Shown in pieces: positions 10,106 through 22,900 of a stretch of 64,000 bases of DNA. The stretch spans positions 15,500,001 through 15,564,000 of the forward strand of contig OZ024743.1 in the NCBI GenBank assembly GCA_964016885.1, written 5' to 3'. The notes under the pieces are model-generated. The model was not told the origin of the DNA. It saw nothing but the letters and a program-made list of their open reading frames with translations, and did not search any database. A program made the position numbers and the translations under genes. This DNA comes from Eledone cirrhosa. Lineage: Eukaryota. How positions within the stretch are numbered: position 1 is the stretch's first letter; each line of letters starts with the position of its first letter.

Positions 10106-13025
10106 TCATCATCATCATCATCATCAGGTTTAGCGTCCGTGTTCCACGCTTGCATGGGTTTGGACGGGGGTTTTCCCACTTGAGGCAAGAGTGGTTGTCT
10201 TGCTCGCATAGGACTGTCTGGCGGGTTTTCTACAGTTGGATACCCTTCCTAACACCAACCACATTTACAGTGTGGGGCTGGGAGGTTTTTACCGTGTTGC
10301 CTACACGGCCACATTACAGCGTGGACTGTCTGGCGGGTTTTCTACAGCTGGATGCCCTTCCTAACACCAACCACATTTACAGTGTGGGGCTGGGAGGTTT
10401 TTACCGTGTTGCCTACACGGCCACATTTACAGCGTGGACGGTGTGTTTTTTGTCGTGACACCTACACGATCTCATTTGTTTCGGCCTGGATGTTGTGGGA
10501 CCAACATAACTTTACATTGAAAGGGGCGGTGTGGGTGGGGTGGAGGTGGTGGGACGGGGGTGTGTTTTGATAGAGATGCCTACTGACTGTAGTAGGTTTT
10601 TACTTTGTATTTAGGTAAGGCGGGTCTTCTCTATTACTGAGTACCGCCAAAGGTCTCAGTCCAGTGACATTGTCTTGGAGAGGTGTAAGCGTGTGAGGTC
10701 GGAATTTATCAGCTCGTCCCATGTTTTTCTGGGTCTGCCTACTCCGTGGCTACCGTCTATCTTTATTGCCCTGCACTTTGTTATACAGCTGTCGTCTTTC
10801 ATGCGCATCACGTGACCGTACCAACGTAGCCTTCTCTCGAGTAAACAACATCTGATCCCTCTTATTTCTAATTTTTTCCTTAGTTCGTTTATGCTTTGCC
10901 GTTCACGTATATTACTATTGCACATCCAGTGGAGCATGCAAGCTTCGTTCCTCTCTAGTCTGCGTATATCCTCTGCACACAATGCCCAGGTCTCACTGCC
11001 ATGCAGTATTGCTGTTCGTATGCAGGCATCGTATAACCTGCCTTTCATTTTTAGGGAGAACCCTCTAGCGGCTAATAGTGGTATAAGCTCTCTGAACTTT
11101 TTCCATCCAGTTCTGACTCTAGCTACTGTACTTTCAGAGCACCCTCCCCCACTGCTGATTTTGTCACCCAGATAACGGAAGCTGTCCACTATTTCTATAG
11201 AACCCTCTGCGCAGTTGAAGGAGCTAGTATTTTGTGGGCACTTGCTGCTACTTATTGCACCAGAGCACCGGCCACATGTAAAATCTATGTTCTTAGTTAG
11301 CTTACCTGTGATCCCACTACATCTTTTATGCACCCATACTTTGCATTTGGGACATAAAATGGAGTTTCTACCTACGTCTTTCCTACACACTGAGCATGGC
11401 CATTTCCCAGATGGGACCGCCGCCTTATTTTCTTTCCTACAAACTAGAACTTTAGTCATAGCCAGGTTAATTTTAAAGCCTTTTGATTCTAGGCCGTGCT
11501 TCCATGTTTGGAATTTCTTCTCTAGTTCGGTCATTGATTCAGCTATGAGCGTTAGATCATCTGCGTATAGGAGTTCCCATGGGCAGCCGGTCTTGAACAA
11601 CTCCTCTGTTATAGCCTGAAGGGCAATAATAAATAGTAGGGGGCTAAGAATAGAGCCCTGATGGACACCAACTTTTACGCTAAACTCTTCACTATATTCG
11701 TTGTTAATTCTAACCTTACTGACTGTTTCTTTATACATGGCTTGTATAGCTCTCACAAGCCATTCGTCAACACCTAGTTTTCTAAGAGACCACCAGATAA
11801 TGGAACGGGGGACTCTGTCGAAGGCTTTCTCCAAGTCGACGAAAGCTAAGTATAGGGGTTTACTTTTAGCTAGGTACTTCTCCTGTAGTTGTCGTACAAT
11901 GAAAAGAGCGTCTGTGGTACTTTTGCCTGACACAAACCCGAACTGCATTTCATCTAGATCAATTCTCTCTCTGATTAGTTGCGCTATTACTTTTTCCGTG
12001 ACCTTCATGACCTGGTCGATTAATTTAATGCCTCTATAGTTACTCCTATCTAGGGCATCTCCTTTTCCCTTATAGCAGTTAACGATGATGCTGCTACGCC
12101 AGTCCTTCGGAACAACCCCATTCTGTACGACTTGGTTAACTATCCGGGTGACCATGGTGTGTCCCACCGAACCAGATGCCTTCAGCATCTCAGCAACTAT
12201 TTCCGAAGCCCCAGCCGCCTTACCCGTCTTCATATCTTTGATTGCCTTACTTATTATACTACCTTCAACTAACACTGCTGGTCCCTCTATTGGGTCGATC
12301 TGGGGGAGACTGTCTTTCTCCCATTTGTTCTCCTCATTTAGAAGCCTTTCGTAGTGACACTTCCAAGCTACCTTCTTATCAGCGTCGGTGATGGCAAGTA
12401 TGCCATCATCGTTAAGTACACACTTCTCCCCGACAATATCACGGTTTTCCTTGACACATTGCCTGGAAATCCTGAACACCTCACGTTTTTGGTCCTCACG
12501 TTGTAGAACATGCTTGAACTTTCTTTCCTCTGCTTCCCTTCCTGCGAAGTACACTTGTCTCCTAGCTTCCCTCCTGGCCACTTGATAGTCTTCTCTACTT
12601 CCCCCATCCCGCCATACTTTCCAAGCCTGCTTTTTGGCCTTAATTGACTCCTCCACCTTACTGTTCCACCACCATGTTACTCTCCTCCTACCTACAGGCC
12701 TGCTCCAGCCACAGACTTCGTCTGCCGCCGTCAGCAGGTTTGCTCTCAGGAATTCCCACTGTTCCTCTATATTATACAACTCTAATTGCTCTTCCTTACT
12801 GTCGAAAGCGTCAAGTAATATGCTTTGAAATTTATTTCTGGCTATGGGGTCCTTTAGCTTCCATATTTTTCTCCTGACGATAGTCCTCTTCCGCTGTCTA
12901 GTACGTCTCGTCCTGACTATGAGGTCGCTAATTATTAGTCTATGGTGGGAGGTGAATTCTTCATGGGGGAGGGATTTAGTGTTAACAACAGTCACTCTGT
13001 CACATCTTCTGGTAAGGATATAATC
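10106..13025 (-). mobile_element. RTE-clade LINE, 5'-truncated within the endonuclease, with (GAT)n tail
   Basis: Long RT ORF, 3' UTR shared with 57528-58000, and (ATC)n at about 10106-10125. The 5' end stops at DYILTR (APE C-terminal motif). Confidence 0.95.
10656..12995 (-). CDS. RTE retrotransposon reverse transcriptase (partial ORF) with PHD-type finger
   Basis: 779-aa open frame with NYRGIKL, QFGF, FVDLEKAFDRV, GVHQGSILSP, YADD, FRYLG and LRWYGHV motifs. The start is not a true initiation codon. Confidence 0.93.
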   Translation of the reverse strand: MTVVNTKSLPHEEFTSHHRLIISDLIVRTRRTRQRKRTIVRRKIWKLKDPIARNKFQSILLDAFDSKEEQLELYNIEEQWEFLRANLLTAADEVCGWSRPVGRRRVTWWWNSKVEESIKAKKQAWKVWRDGGSREDYQVARREARRQVYFAGREAEERKFKHVLQREDQKREVFRISRQCVKENRDIVGEKCVLNDDGILAITDADKKVAWKCHYERLLNEENKWEKDSLPQIDPIEGPAVLVEGSIISKAIKDMKTGKAAGASEIVAEMLKASGSVGHTMVTRIVNQVVQNGVVPKDWRSSIIVNCYKGKGDALDRSNYRGIKLIDQVMKVTEKVIAQLIRERIDLDEMQFGFVSGKSTTDALFIVRQLQEKYLAKSKPLYLAFVDLEKAFDRVPRSIIWWSLRKLGVDEWLVRAIQAMYKETVSKVRINNEYSEEFSVKVGVHQGSILSPLLFIIALQAITEELFKTGCPWELLYADDLTLIAESMTELEKKFQTWKHGLESKGFKINLAMTKVLVCRKENKAAVPSGKWPCSVCRKDVGRNSILCPKCKVWVHKRCSGITGKLTKNIDFTCGRCSGAISSSKCPQNTSSFNCAEGSIEIVDSFRYLGDKISSGGGCSESTVARVRTGWKKFRELIPLLAARGFSLKMKGRLYDACIRTAILHGSETWALCAEDIRRLERNEACMLHWMCNSNIRERQSINELRKKLEIRGIRCCLLERRLRWYGHVMRMKDDSCITKCRAIKIDGSHGVGRPRKTWDELINSDLTRLHLSKTMSLD

Positions 13026-14487
13026 TAATTATGTTCCTTTATGTCAAATTCAACATAAATTTCCATGAAATCACTAAAGCAAGTACCATACAATGAGAGG
13101 TACTCTGCTTGATATAATAAATTATTCTTATGAATGTGATACCCTAGTAGTGCTGCTGTGTATTGATAAAAACATGTAAAAAATATATTCATAGCAATAA
13201 AAATCAAATTAATATTGTGTAGATGTTAACATTCATTGATAAAATAAAAAATAATTAAACATTTTGAGTGAGACATTATATGAATTTAATAAAGGGTTGC
13301 CAATTCAAACAGCTGCAACACTCAAGAATTCATGGAGAGTGTTTCTGTCAGTATTTCACCTAGTAGATAGCTGAGTCAAAAGCCCCTTAATACCATCAAC
13401 ATTTTAAAAAGTTGACAAGTATGATAGCGTAATGCTGAGCATGCTGTATCTCAAACAAATATAGTCATTGCCATGGCTGGGAAATTACACAGTCGTCAGA
13501 TTAAAGAATTTCGGCACCTTTTTTTACTTCAGAAATACAATTTTCTATAAAATTTTAACTATATAAAGGATATCAAATAATTTGGAATATGCAAAATTGA
13601 GAAGTGAGTTTATAAGACAGACTGTTGAAACGTTTGTAGCTCATATCTTATGAGAATGTGTTTCTGTTTAATGCTTTTATTAAGTTTTGTATGTGAATCC
13701 TACAAGTTGAGATTACTGTCCATAATCTTTGACACATCAAAATATTGAGAATTATGTAACTTTGAAGAGGATACTTAGTTCTCAAAGAATGATTCGAATA
13801 AAACATAATGTAATGTGGTATAATAACACTACAGAAGGGTATAGTACCAAACTAAACCCAATGCCTCTAAGAGGAGAAGGATTTGACAGTGATTCATTGA
13901 TTTTACACTATGGAGTATAATTCTGTATGTTGTAAACCTATCTTAGAATATATCAGTTACTTGTATCTATTTAAACAATAGTTATCTTTGTGTATGTCTC
14001 TTCTTTACGTAAAAATTGGAAACCAGATATAATTGTCAGACGTGATATATTTGTGGCTTGAAACAGCAGATAAAATATTATTTGCAGTGGCCAGCTGACC
14101 ATGACAGATTACATCTATAGATGTAACTATACAGCAGTTTCCTGTGTTTTATTTCGTTACATCTTCCTATTTTTCAAGAATCATTATAGAAGACTTCTGT
14201 AGGCTTCACACTAGAGAAGCTGCAATTTTATTATTCTTGTTCTGTGATTTGAAGCAATTCTATATATATAATATATATTCAACTTACTCATTGATTTCCT
14301 GTCAATTCAGAACAAAGCTGGTGAACTAAAAGGAATTGTTTTGTGACCAAATAAACCATCACAAGATTACATTGCATTACTAACAGAATCAGTGCTTTGT
14401 CATTGATGCAACCCAAATTCGCTATCCACAAACCATTCTTAATTTAGGTGAATTTTAAAACATTATCTTATACTTGACCCTTATTAC

Positions 14488-14614
14488 CTCAGTGACATGG
14501 CACAACACTTTTTCATTTCTGTAGCAGTGATTACTTTCAGAGAGGACTGTTTCATAAGAGCTTTTGTATTTCCAGATCATTTGAGAAGACGAAATCATTA
14601 CATATAAATATAAT
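14488..14614 (-). CDS. Putative exon (LYLYVMISSSQMIWKYKSSYETVLSESNHCYRNEKVLCHVTE)
   Basis: catag| acceptor and GAG|gtaata donor; open frame; phase-compatible with the donor at 16387. Confidence 0.3.
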
Positions 14615-16386
14615 CTATGTAACAACATGTAAAATAAATATAAATACATGCAACATATATCTAAGTTAACTGATGTGAAATAAATTAAGATTTACATACA
14701 AGTAGTTAACTGCATATTGGCATGTGAAATAAGATTCCCGAATACTATTTGACAGTCTTAAAACTGTATGAGACCCATAGATATAGAGCTCATTTGTAAC
14801 TAACTAAAGGATCTAGCATAGTATACAGGAAAAACGACAGGGTATAAAGGGAAAAATATTTTATTTAATGATTCCTTGATCACAACATTCTATGTAAAGA
14901 TGCTTGAATCGTCAAATGTCCTTGACCTTCGATCTCATGTCACTGTAACAATTGCCATATTTTATTTTACATTCATTTAAATCAATTAAATAAATAATTT
15001 ACATCAGAATAATACAAACATTTTTTAACAACTATCTTTTCATGATACACACTTGGGATGAGCTGGTTTATTCACAATTTGAAACACATGAATAAGTAAC
15101 CAAATGCTGCCAAATATTTTAAAAGAAGAAATAAATTTACCATTTTTTAAATTGTTTATCTAGAAGCCTTTTTAGCATATATGATAGATTAACAAGGTTT
15201 CCTTCAGAAACAATAGAAACTAATAGAATGAATTTGTATTAGAATATCAAATAAAGTATTATAATTTCAGTCTTAGAGATGAAATATCTAAATAACCCAC
15301 CTATTATTCATATAGCTTATAAACTCAAATTGCCAATTACATGACTCCAAAACCATTGGTTGAGCTGCTAAACATAGCAGCCATTTCTCATTCAAATCAT
15401 AAGAGTATCATAGTTGACAATGTAGTCTTACAAACACAATACTTCATGAATATATGCTCAATCAGAATTGAGTTGATACTAAACAACAATAAACAGATTT
15501 TATCTTCAAACTAGACATGCAATTGTATATGAAGATACTTTCTTACCTATCTCTAATTGCCCTCCATGTCTAAATATTTTTTTTTCTTTTGCTTATATTT
15601 CTTTTAATTTTGTTGCTCTCTTTCTATTTATTTCTTGTCATATAATACGAAATGGCTGCTAGAGTTTCAGAAAGATTTTACGAAGGAAAATTGTAAAAAA
15701 TTAATTACTGGATAAAAATGTATTAAGTAAAGAACAGAAAAAATAGAAAAACAACTTTTTATTGATTTGTTTTCAATTGTTAGTTTGCAGCAAATGAATA
15801 CACATATTGGCCTCTTTAGATGTTCATAAGGTAAAAATTATTATTACTATGCTTCCCTACTGAGAGACAAATTTTACTTTTACATCATGCTAGAGTTAGC
15901 AGCAGAAAAGGTATTCAACTGTAAAAACAATTGCTCTAACATTTTCATGTGAGGAATTTAAAAAAACAAAAAGAAGCATTACTATTCGTGGAAATGTGAA
16001 TTTAAAAGATTTTTTTTTTATATATATAAAGGTATGATAAAAATACAGAACACTGTCCAGGCAAATTTTATATTTCTGTTTCTAGCCACAATCGATTCAA
16101 TATTTTAAACATACCATTCAAAGTTTCAGATTATTAGCATACAGAATTGAAATAGTAGCTAAATTATAAGCTGTTATAATCACAGGAATTTAATTTGATT
16201 CTTGATATTTGAACCAACTTGTGGCTGTAGAAGCATTAATTTATGCAAGTTCCTACTTAATTCAGACCTGAAGCAAGTTATATAAAATATGTGCCCACTT
16301 ATAAGATGTTAATATATTTATCCAATAACTGAAAAGATATTGCTTCAATTTGTGTGCTTAAGGTTATTTGAAATATTGCAACTCAC

Positions 16387-16492
16387 CTACTATTTCCCTT
16401 TAAATAGAAGTTAATTTGAGCCCACTCAAAAAAGAAGCAATAATTTTCTGGCCAATGAAAGGCTTCTAGACTAAATGTGATTACTTGTGTCT
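16387..16492 (-). CDS. Putative exon (TQVITFSLEAFHWPENYCFFFEWAQINFYLKGNS)
   Basis: Strong AG|gtgagt donor and open frame; acceptor ambiguous. Confidence 0.3.
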
Positions 16493-17871
16493 CTTACACT
16501 GTCTGGTATAAGATTAGCAACATACATATATATTTCCCTTTTTAATTGTGCAGATTGTAATATCAATAACATAATTAACTTAAATACAACCATCATTTTT
16601 GCCTAATATTCTTCATAAAGTGATGTAATATAACTACATATATATATTTTTATTAAGGCTAAATAGTGAGTCATTTCGGGCAAATCTGGGTAAATTGGGC
16701 ATATCTGGATTTCAACAAAACTGTTCCAGGTCTCCAATATCAACAATGGTAATATAATCCAAAGTGTTTATGTGTACAAATTAATTTGATTTGTTTTTTA
16801 TGAAGTAATTCTTTATTGCATCTTTCCTTCACTTATGAAAAGTAACCAACGTCTCAGGTACAAATCACATGTTATATTTCAAAGAATCAAAAATATATTG
16901 GATAATGTTTTCTTACTTACACTATGTGTAGATAAAGACTGGAATAATTTTAACTATAGGTCTCCTTAGTTACAGCTGACATGTGGCTAACAAACAACAA
17001 AATTTACAACACAACATTTTTCCAGAAACATTGATTATGTAAAAAGAAGTAGATAACAGCAAACAGATCTACCATGTTATTAAATATAAAAACTAGCATA
17101 TATGTTTTGTTTCAATGTTTCTTCTGACATAATAGCAATTCAGCAAATTACTTTACAACTCTAATTTAGAACGCAATGTTCAGACAAGCATGTAGTTAGC
17201 TATAATGAAAAGGTTTGTAACTAACGAGTGTCATATTTCTGTCAATTTCAATTAAAGCCTGAAAATTATGAATTATGAAGGCTAAAATTAAAATTTATAG
17301 TGAAAAACATCGTTTTAATTAATTGCTCTTGATATCGGCTAATTAGTTTTGTAACCCATCTGTGAAATGAAGTTAGGTAAATTGCTAGTGTAGAGAACAT
17401 GCTTTAGGACATAGTATAAACATTAATGTAAATGGAGTGAAATTAATTGTTGTTACTGAGATCAGTTTGAAAGTTAAATTGAACAGTCTGTAAATTAGTA
17501 ATTATACACGAAGAGGAAAAATATATAAATAAACAAGCAAAAGTATCATACTCAATATTAAACCTTCAATCCAAATGCTTGAAGCAGATCCAGAGGAACT
17601 GATTTTATTTGTTTTTTTAAATATTTTCTATGTTTATTAATTAGAGAAAATTGATTTCGAATTAGGAATTTGTATATGGCTACAGTATAATTTAAAGAAG
17701 AATTTTTAAATGAATTAAATGAGATTGCATGTAAATGGAAAATATATATGTTATTACACTAACTGATTCAGAGAAGGCATACAGAAAATTAGATAGAACA
17801 GGTTTCTTTGGGCATCAAACAAAAATATTTTACAACATAATTTAACTAACACACTAATTCCTTTTCTTTAC

Positions 17872-17959
17872 CTTCCTAAAGAATTATCATGAGCAATGGT
17901 CCCATTCCTGTGCTGTGTTCTTCTCATATATATTCGATATACATTGCTTTTCTTATTTT
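17872..17959 (-). CDS. Putative exon (NKKSNVYRIYMRRTQHRNGTIAHDNSLG)
   Basis: AAG|gtaaag donor, AG acceptor after a T-rich tract, open frame. Confidence 0.3.
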
Positions 17960-18479
17960 CTTACAGAAATAAAGATTTAAAGAAATATTAGGGTAAGATA
18001 TAAACAACAAAATAATATTATTGTTAAACAATGTCTGAGATGCACTTAAGGTGGCTTTTGTGATTTACACTGCATTAGATTCTTTGGAGATAATATGAAA
18101 ATTTATGGCTACAATTATCTAAATAAAATGTGTCACCTAAATTGTTTGTTTGTTGCTAAGATTGATATAAGAAAATAGAACATCAATGATATATAACAAA
18201 TGTGAAATGTTAGTTTATTATGGGAAACATAAACCACATTGGAAACATTCAAGAAAATTCTGAAGTCCTAGAAATGTCAAATCAAATGCTTCACTCAATT
18301 CGTTCCAGCCTTCTGTTCAAATCCTGCCCAGGTCAACATTCCCTTACATCTTCTTGAGATTGATAGACCAGTTTCGTAACTTTAAGCTGTTTTAAAGTAT
18401 CATTTTTTGTATTTTCTTGTCGTTAACGATGCATAAGGTACCCACCTTGGTTCCAAGGGAGATATACCTCTCAATATTC

Positions 18480-21300
18480 AGGCTTTAAGCCCAAATGTTC
18501 AGATTTATTTTTAAAAACTTCGAAAAAAATCGCTTCCACACCCCCAAAAATATATGAAAATTGTTGACCTTGAAACGGTAAACAACGTACAGGTCAAATT
18601 TGAAAACCAGCCACTGTAGATCTCACCACCACTACTACCACTACAGACATGCCTGTCGTCCATTCCACTCAATGTGAAGGCAAAACACAAAAGTTACCAC
18701 CACAACCGCTCCCTTCTGTGATAGTAGCAGTACCATTTCAAGGCGACATCACCACCACCACCGTCACCACCACCACAACAACAACGACAATAACACCGAC
18801 AGCCTCAATGTAAACACTGATGGCAGTGGCAACAGCAACTACAAACAACACAACAACAACAACAACAACAGCAAGAACGATAACACCAACAACAAGAGCA
18901 ACGGAGGCGCAACTTTTGCAGCGGCAGCAGCGAAAACAAAGCGGTTATTCAATGTTGACATTAGTGATAAGGGACAACAGTTGGCCCAGGAATGGAGGTT
19001 AATTAAACCGGAGAAGTCCTGGGCAAACCTGACCATCTCTGACGGGGCAATAGCGGCCATGCAAAGGAGGACAGTATACTTTCGATGTATTTCAGTACAG
19101 ACATGCAAAGTGGAACACGCCAGCCAAGCAGAGGTCGAGGCTGCTTTAAAGTGAATCGGAAGTGACATCGAGTACAAAGCAAGGGCCAAGCAGTTTGGTA
19201 CAATCTCGGTACTGTTCAAAACCGAGGCCCTTGCTATTAAGCACTGGGAGGCCCCCTGCAGAACGGAACGCATTATCATGCACCCGTCCTACATGGACAA
19301 ATGGACAGTAAAGGTACGCATTCCCAGGATCCCACCAGGAATGAACATATGGTGGCTCTTGGGATGCGTAATCGAGGAGGGGACAGACACTACCCTACTG
19401 GATATCAAAAGGACAGAGAGAGAAGACTGGTCCGGAATGGAATTGGAGATTCTTCTCCAAATGAAACCAGAGGACATCAACAACATACCGGATTTTGCCC
19501 GCCTGCAAGACGGGACAACAATCCAATTAATCACTGAGGGAAGAAGGCCGCACTGCTTCGTCTGCGGGGAAGCAACGCATCTGCGAGCCTTCTGCCCTCA
19601 ACTCAAAAATGCAAGGGGTCGTAAACCTCCGTTGTTACCAACGCCAGTGTCAACACGGAAAGCTGTACCACCACCACCAAAAACAACACCAACAATGACA
19701 CGGGTAATCCCACCAACATCAAAAACTGTCGGACCACCACCTGCACCGAAACCAATCCAAGGGAAAAATGAGAAAAGCTCTCCCTCTCCCCCTACCCCAC
19801 CAATTATATACATAGACAAAACGATAAATGCACACACAGATACATTCACAGCCACAGACCCTTTGTCTTCCAGCAGTGAAGATGAAGGAAAACCCAAAAG
19901 TTTCAAAAAACAAAAGAGAAAACTCACCAAAAAAAGCCCCAACAAAATACAAAAACATACACAACAAAAAATGCAGACACCACTAACGCAAACACTTCCC
20001 CAATAACATCAACACCAATATCAACATCAGCACCACCCCCCACAATCCTCGAAACGCAAACAACCTAAATAAACACACAAATACCTGAAATTGCAGACAT
20101 CACACCTACAACAAACACAGAGATACCCGAAACAACACCACCACAGTCACCAAAACGAAAACAAATAAAACCACACCAACAAAACATTAGAAACTTTGTG
20201 CTTGTCAGAAGAGCCAAAGATAAATTGATGGCCCTCTTAGCACGAAGTGAGGACATCCAAAGAGAGGGGGAGATATTTGAATTGAACACATTTTGCGTGC
20301 CAGAATATTTGCTTCTGGTGCGAATGTCGCTCGATTCCTACAAAGAAATTGGAGAGAGCTTTCCTCAAGATGCGGGAATCCCGAACGTGAAACCCACATC
20401 ATGACTTTTAAAGGGGCTCCCAATAGAAACCCCACCAACCATGGAGGTCGAACCACCCAACCTTCACAAGACCCCGGGAGGTAAGTAAACCTTTCCTCTC
20501 TCTTTTAGCTTGTCAACATGGCCATATTAAGAGTAGGAAGTTCAAATGTTCGCGTCCTGGGTTCAGCCTGGAAGCAGGTGGGTCACCTGCTCAACGACCT
20601 CAGGTCTCTGGAAATGGATGTGATTGTGTAGGAGTAGCTGATGGGAGCGGAGGGTGCAAAAGCCTCAAACACCTAATCAGCCAGTTTTAACTGTCTGGCA
20701 GGTATCGACTGGATTCCCCCCAATGCGCCAGTGTGGACGTGGACCAACCACATAGGGTCATTAGGAAAATAGATAGAAATAGTGTAGGCTGCCCAATTTT
20801 TAAAACGGTCACCTATTCAGATCACAAATTTGTGATCTGTTTAGTCGACCTAAATAAAACGCGTAGGTTGGGACTGGGTTACTCGAAGCTGAACATGTCA
20901 TTTCCGGCATGTAAGGCTTACAGGGACCGAGTCAATAATTTAGTTAAGCAAAAGTTGACAGGGGGATCGTCAATAACAGATGGTAGTGGTGGTGGGGGGG
21001 GGGGGGGGGGGCTTTCTAAAGAGAGATTAGAGTACTTCGATAGAGTTCAGCAAAGAACTAACGTTAGCGGAAAATAGAAAGCAGGGGAGCTGGTAGATAA
21101 CTTAGATGAAGCTATTTGTAGTGGCATTGCAACTGACGTGCTAGCGGCGAGAATGGCATTAGACCATTTCTTTAATGCGAAACATGAAGGTTGCATTGTC
21201 ATAGCAAAGGTGCGTGTGCTGAGAAACGAGGGAACCAAATCTATTCGATGGGCCCGCGTGGCGGAGGCGCAGCGTGGTAATAAAACCACAATCGGAACTG
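18480..21300 (+). mobile_element. Tx1-like LINE with gag-like ORF1 and heavily deleted ORF2
   Basis: ORF1 has a CCHC knuckle and a Pro/Thr-rich tail. ORF2 starts at ATG 20518 (MAILRVGSSNVR) and includes SDHKFV and EGTKSIRWARVAEAQRGNK, paralogous to 2617-4250. The 5' boundary is approximate. Confidence 0.85.
19278..20006 (+). pseudogene. LINE ORF1 remnant with zinc knuckle CFVCGEATHLRAFC
   Basis: CX2CX4HX4C motif; the frame continues upstream and downstream through stops. Confidence 0.8.
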
Positions 21301-22419
21301 TTGCAGGAAATTCAGGATCTCTCCTCCATTATTTGAAGAGTGTCTTTTAATTACTTGTATTATTTGTATTTGTTTAATGTTTTAGTACTAATTTAATATA
21401 ACTTCTTGTGGAAGAGGTACTATTAACAACCGAGATAGCACGATTTACACTCCTCAATGATATTACATCTGAAAACAATGATATAGTTTAAAAGAAAGAC
21501 AAACAGAAAACGGAATGAATGCAATTAAAGAAGTAAACATAGTAGATTTTTATACTTTAGTAATTGAAAACATTATGCCATTTTAATATCATTAAATAGT
21601 ATGAACAGTAGAATCAATGTTTCTAGGATTACAAATTAGGGGAGAATGATTGTTGTTGTTTAGCCTCAGATGGATTCTGATCAAGTATACATCTAATCCA
21701 ATCATTCAATCTATACCCATTCCATTTTCCCTATGTAAATGGAATCTGTCACCACATAAGTCAATGTTTTATAATCTAAAAATTTACGGTGCTTATTGTA
21801 CAAGTTTTTGTCATTGTTTCTAGCTGGTTAAATGACAATGTAGAGTCTTCATTATTGACTATTAGATGGGGGTACTCAATATTTATTGGCTCATGGTCGA
21901 GAAAAGAACATGAGAAATCTATGGTTCATCTTAAAGTGATTCCACCCACATGTGATGGGAAATGAGAAATGAGTTGATTGACATGTCTTTTTTTTTTTAC
22001 AAAAATGGAGCAGGCATTCAAAACTGTCAACATAATATTGGAGAAACGTTGGCCGATCTGTTGTTTGATGTGAGCTACTTTGTCTGTGTTAGCGAGTCTT
22101 TCTCTTTAAGAGAAACATCAGAGTAGGCCTCAGAAACTGCCGAATCAGAGCATCAGCAGTGGCAGCCCCAACGATAGCAGGAGAAAAACACTTTGCTGTC
22201 AAATCTATGATGCAATGACTAGGAATCTGAGGGTCATCTCAACATGACTAGTAGCATTAACCAGTCAGATGACACAATGGAAATGAAATATTGATAGTGG
22301 TGAGAAACTGTCAGAAGTAGCAAGAAATAAATGTAAGAAAAATGTAGAACAAGAAAGTTGAAACTAAATTCAATGCAATGTATAAAATGAAATAAGCCAC
22401 CAGCTGTCAGAATGTGTTG

Positions 22420-22900
22420 TGGACTGTATCCTATTAAGAACGAGGCTTTTGCCTCTTGAGGCTGAGGCTGAGAGATAGGTCTCTGTGTGTGGTGCAACTT
22501 TATGCACCAGACAAGGAGTTTGAATACAGATATTTCCTTGATGAAGTCACTGCAGCATTAGATGTAGTTGAGACTGAGTTATATATTCTGATGGGTGATT
22601 TCAATGCCCACTGACCACCTGACATGGAATTATATATTCATGGAGTTATATATTCTGAGGGGTGACTTCAATGACACTGACCACCTGACATGGAATGGAG
22701 GAATTGGAAGGAACAGCGATCCTGATCTAAATATGAATAGGGAGTTCTTAACAATGAACTCTCTGTTATAAACTCTTTCTTGAGAACAGAGATATCCATA
22801 AATATACATGGTATAAGAGGAATTGGAACAAAGATCAATAATCGACATAGGTCATTGTCTCTGAACTTTTCGATTCTGTGCAGTTTGTCCATTTTATGAG
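22420..22900 (+). mobile_element. Degenerate RTE-like APE endonuclease fragment with an internal duplication of about 55 bp
   Basis: VVQLYAP and LMGDFNAH motifs; paralogous to 61530-61910; gagttatatattctga..ctgacatggaat occurs twice (about 22576 and 22642). Confidence 0.75.

Noticed and set aside
10891-12877. Several plus-strand ORFs of 60-134 aa
   Set aside because: Antisense shadows of the RTE RT ORF.
20985-21011. Poly-G run as a functional G-quadruplex
   Set aside because: Homopolymer expansion inside a dead LINE ORF2.
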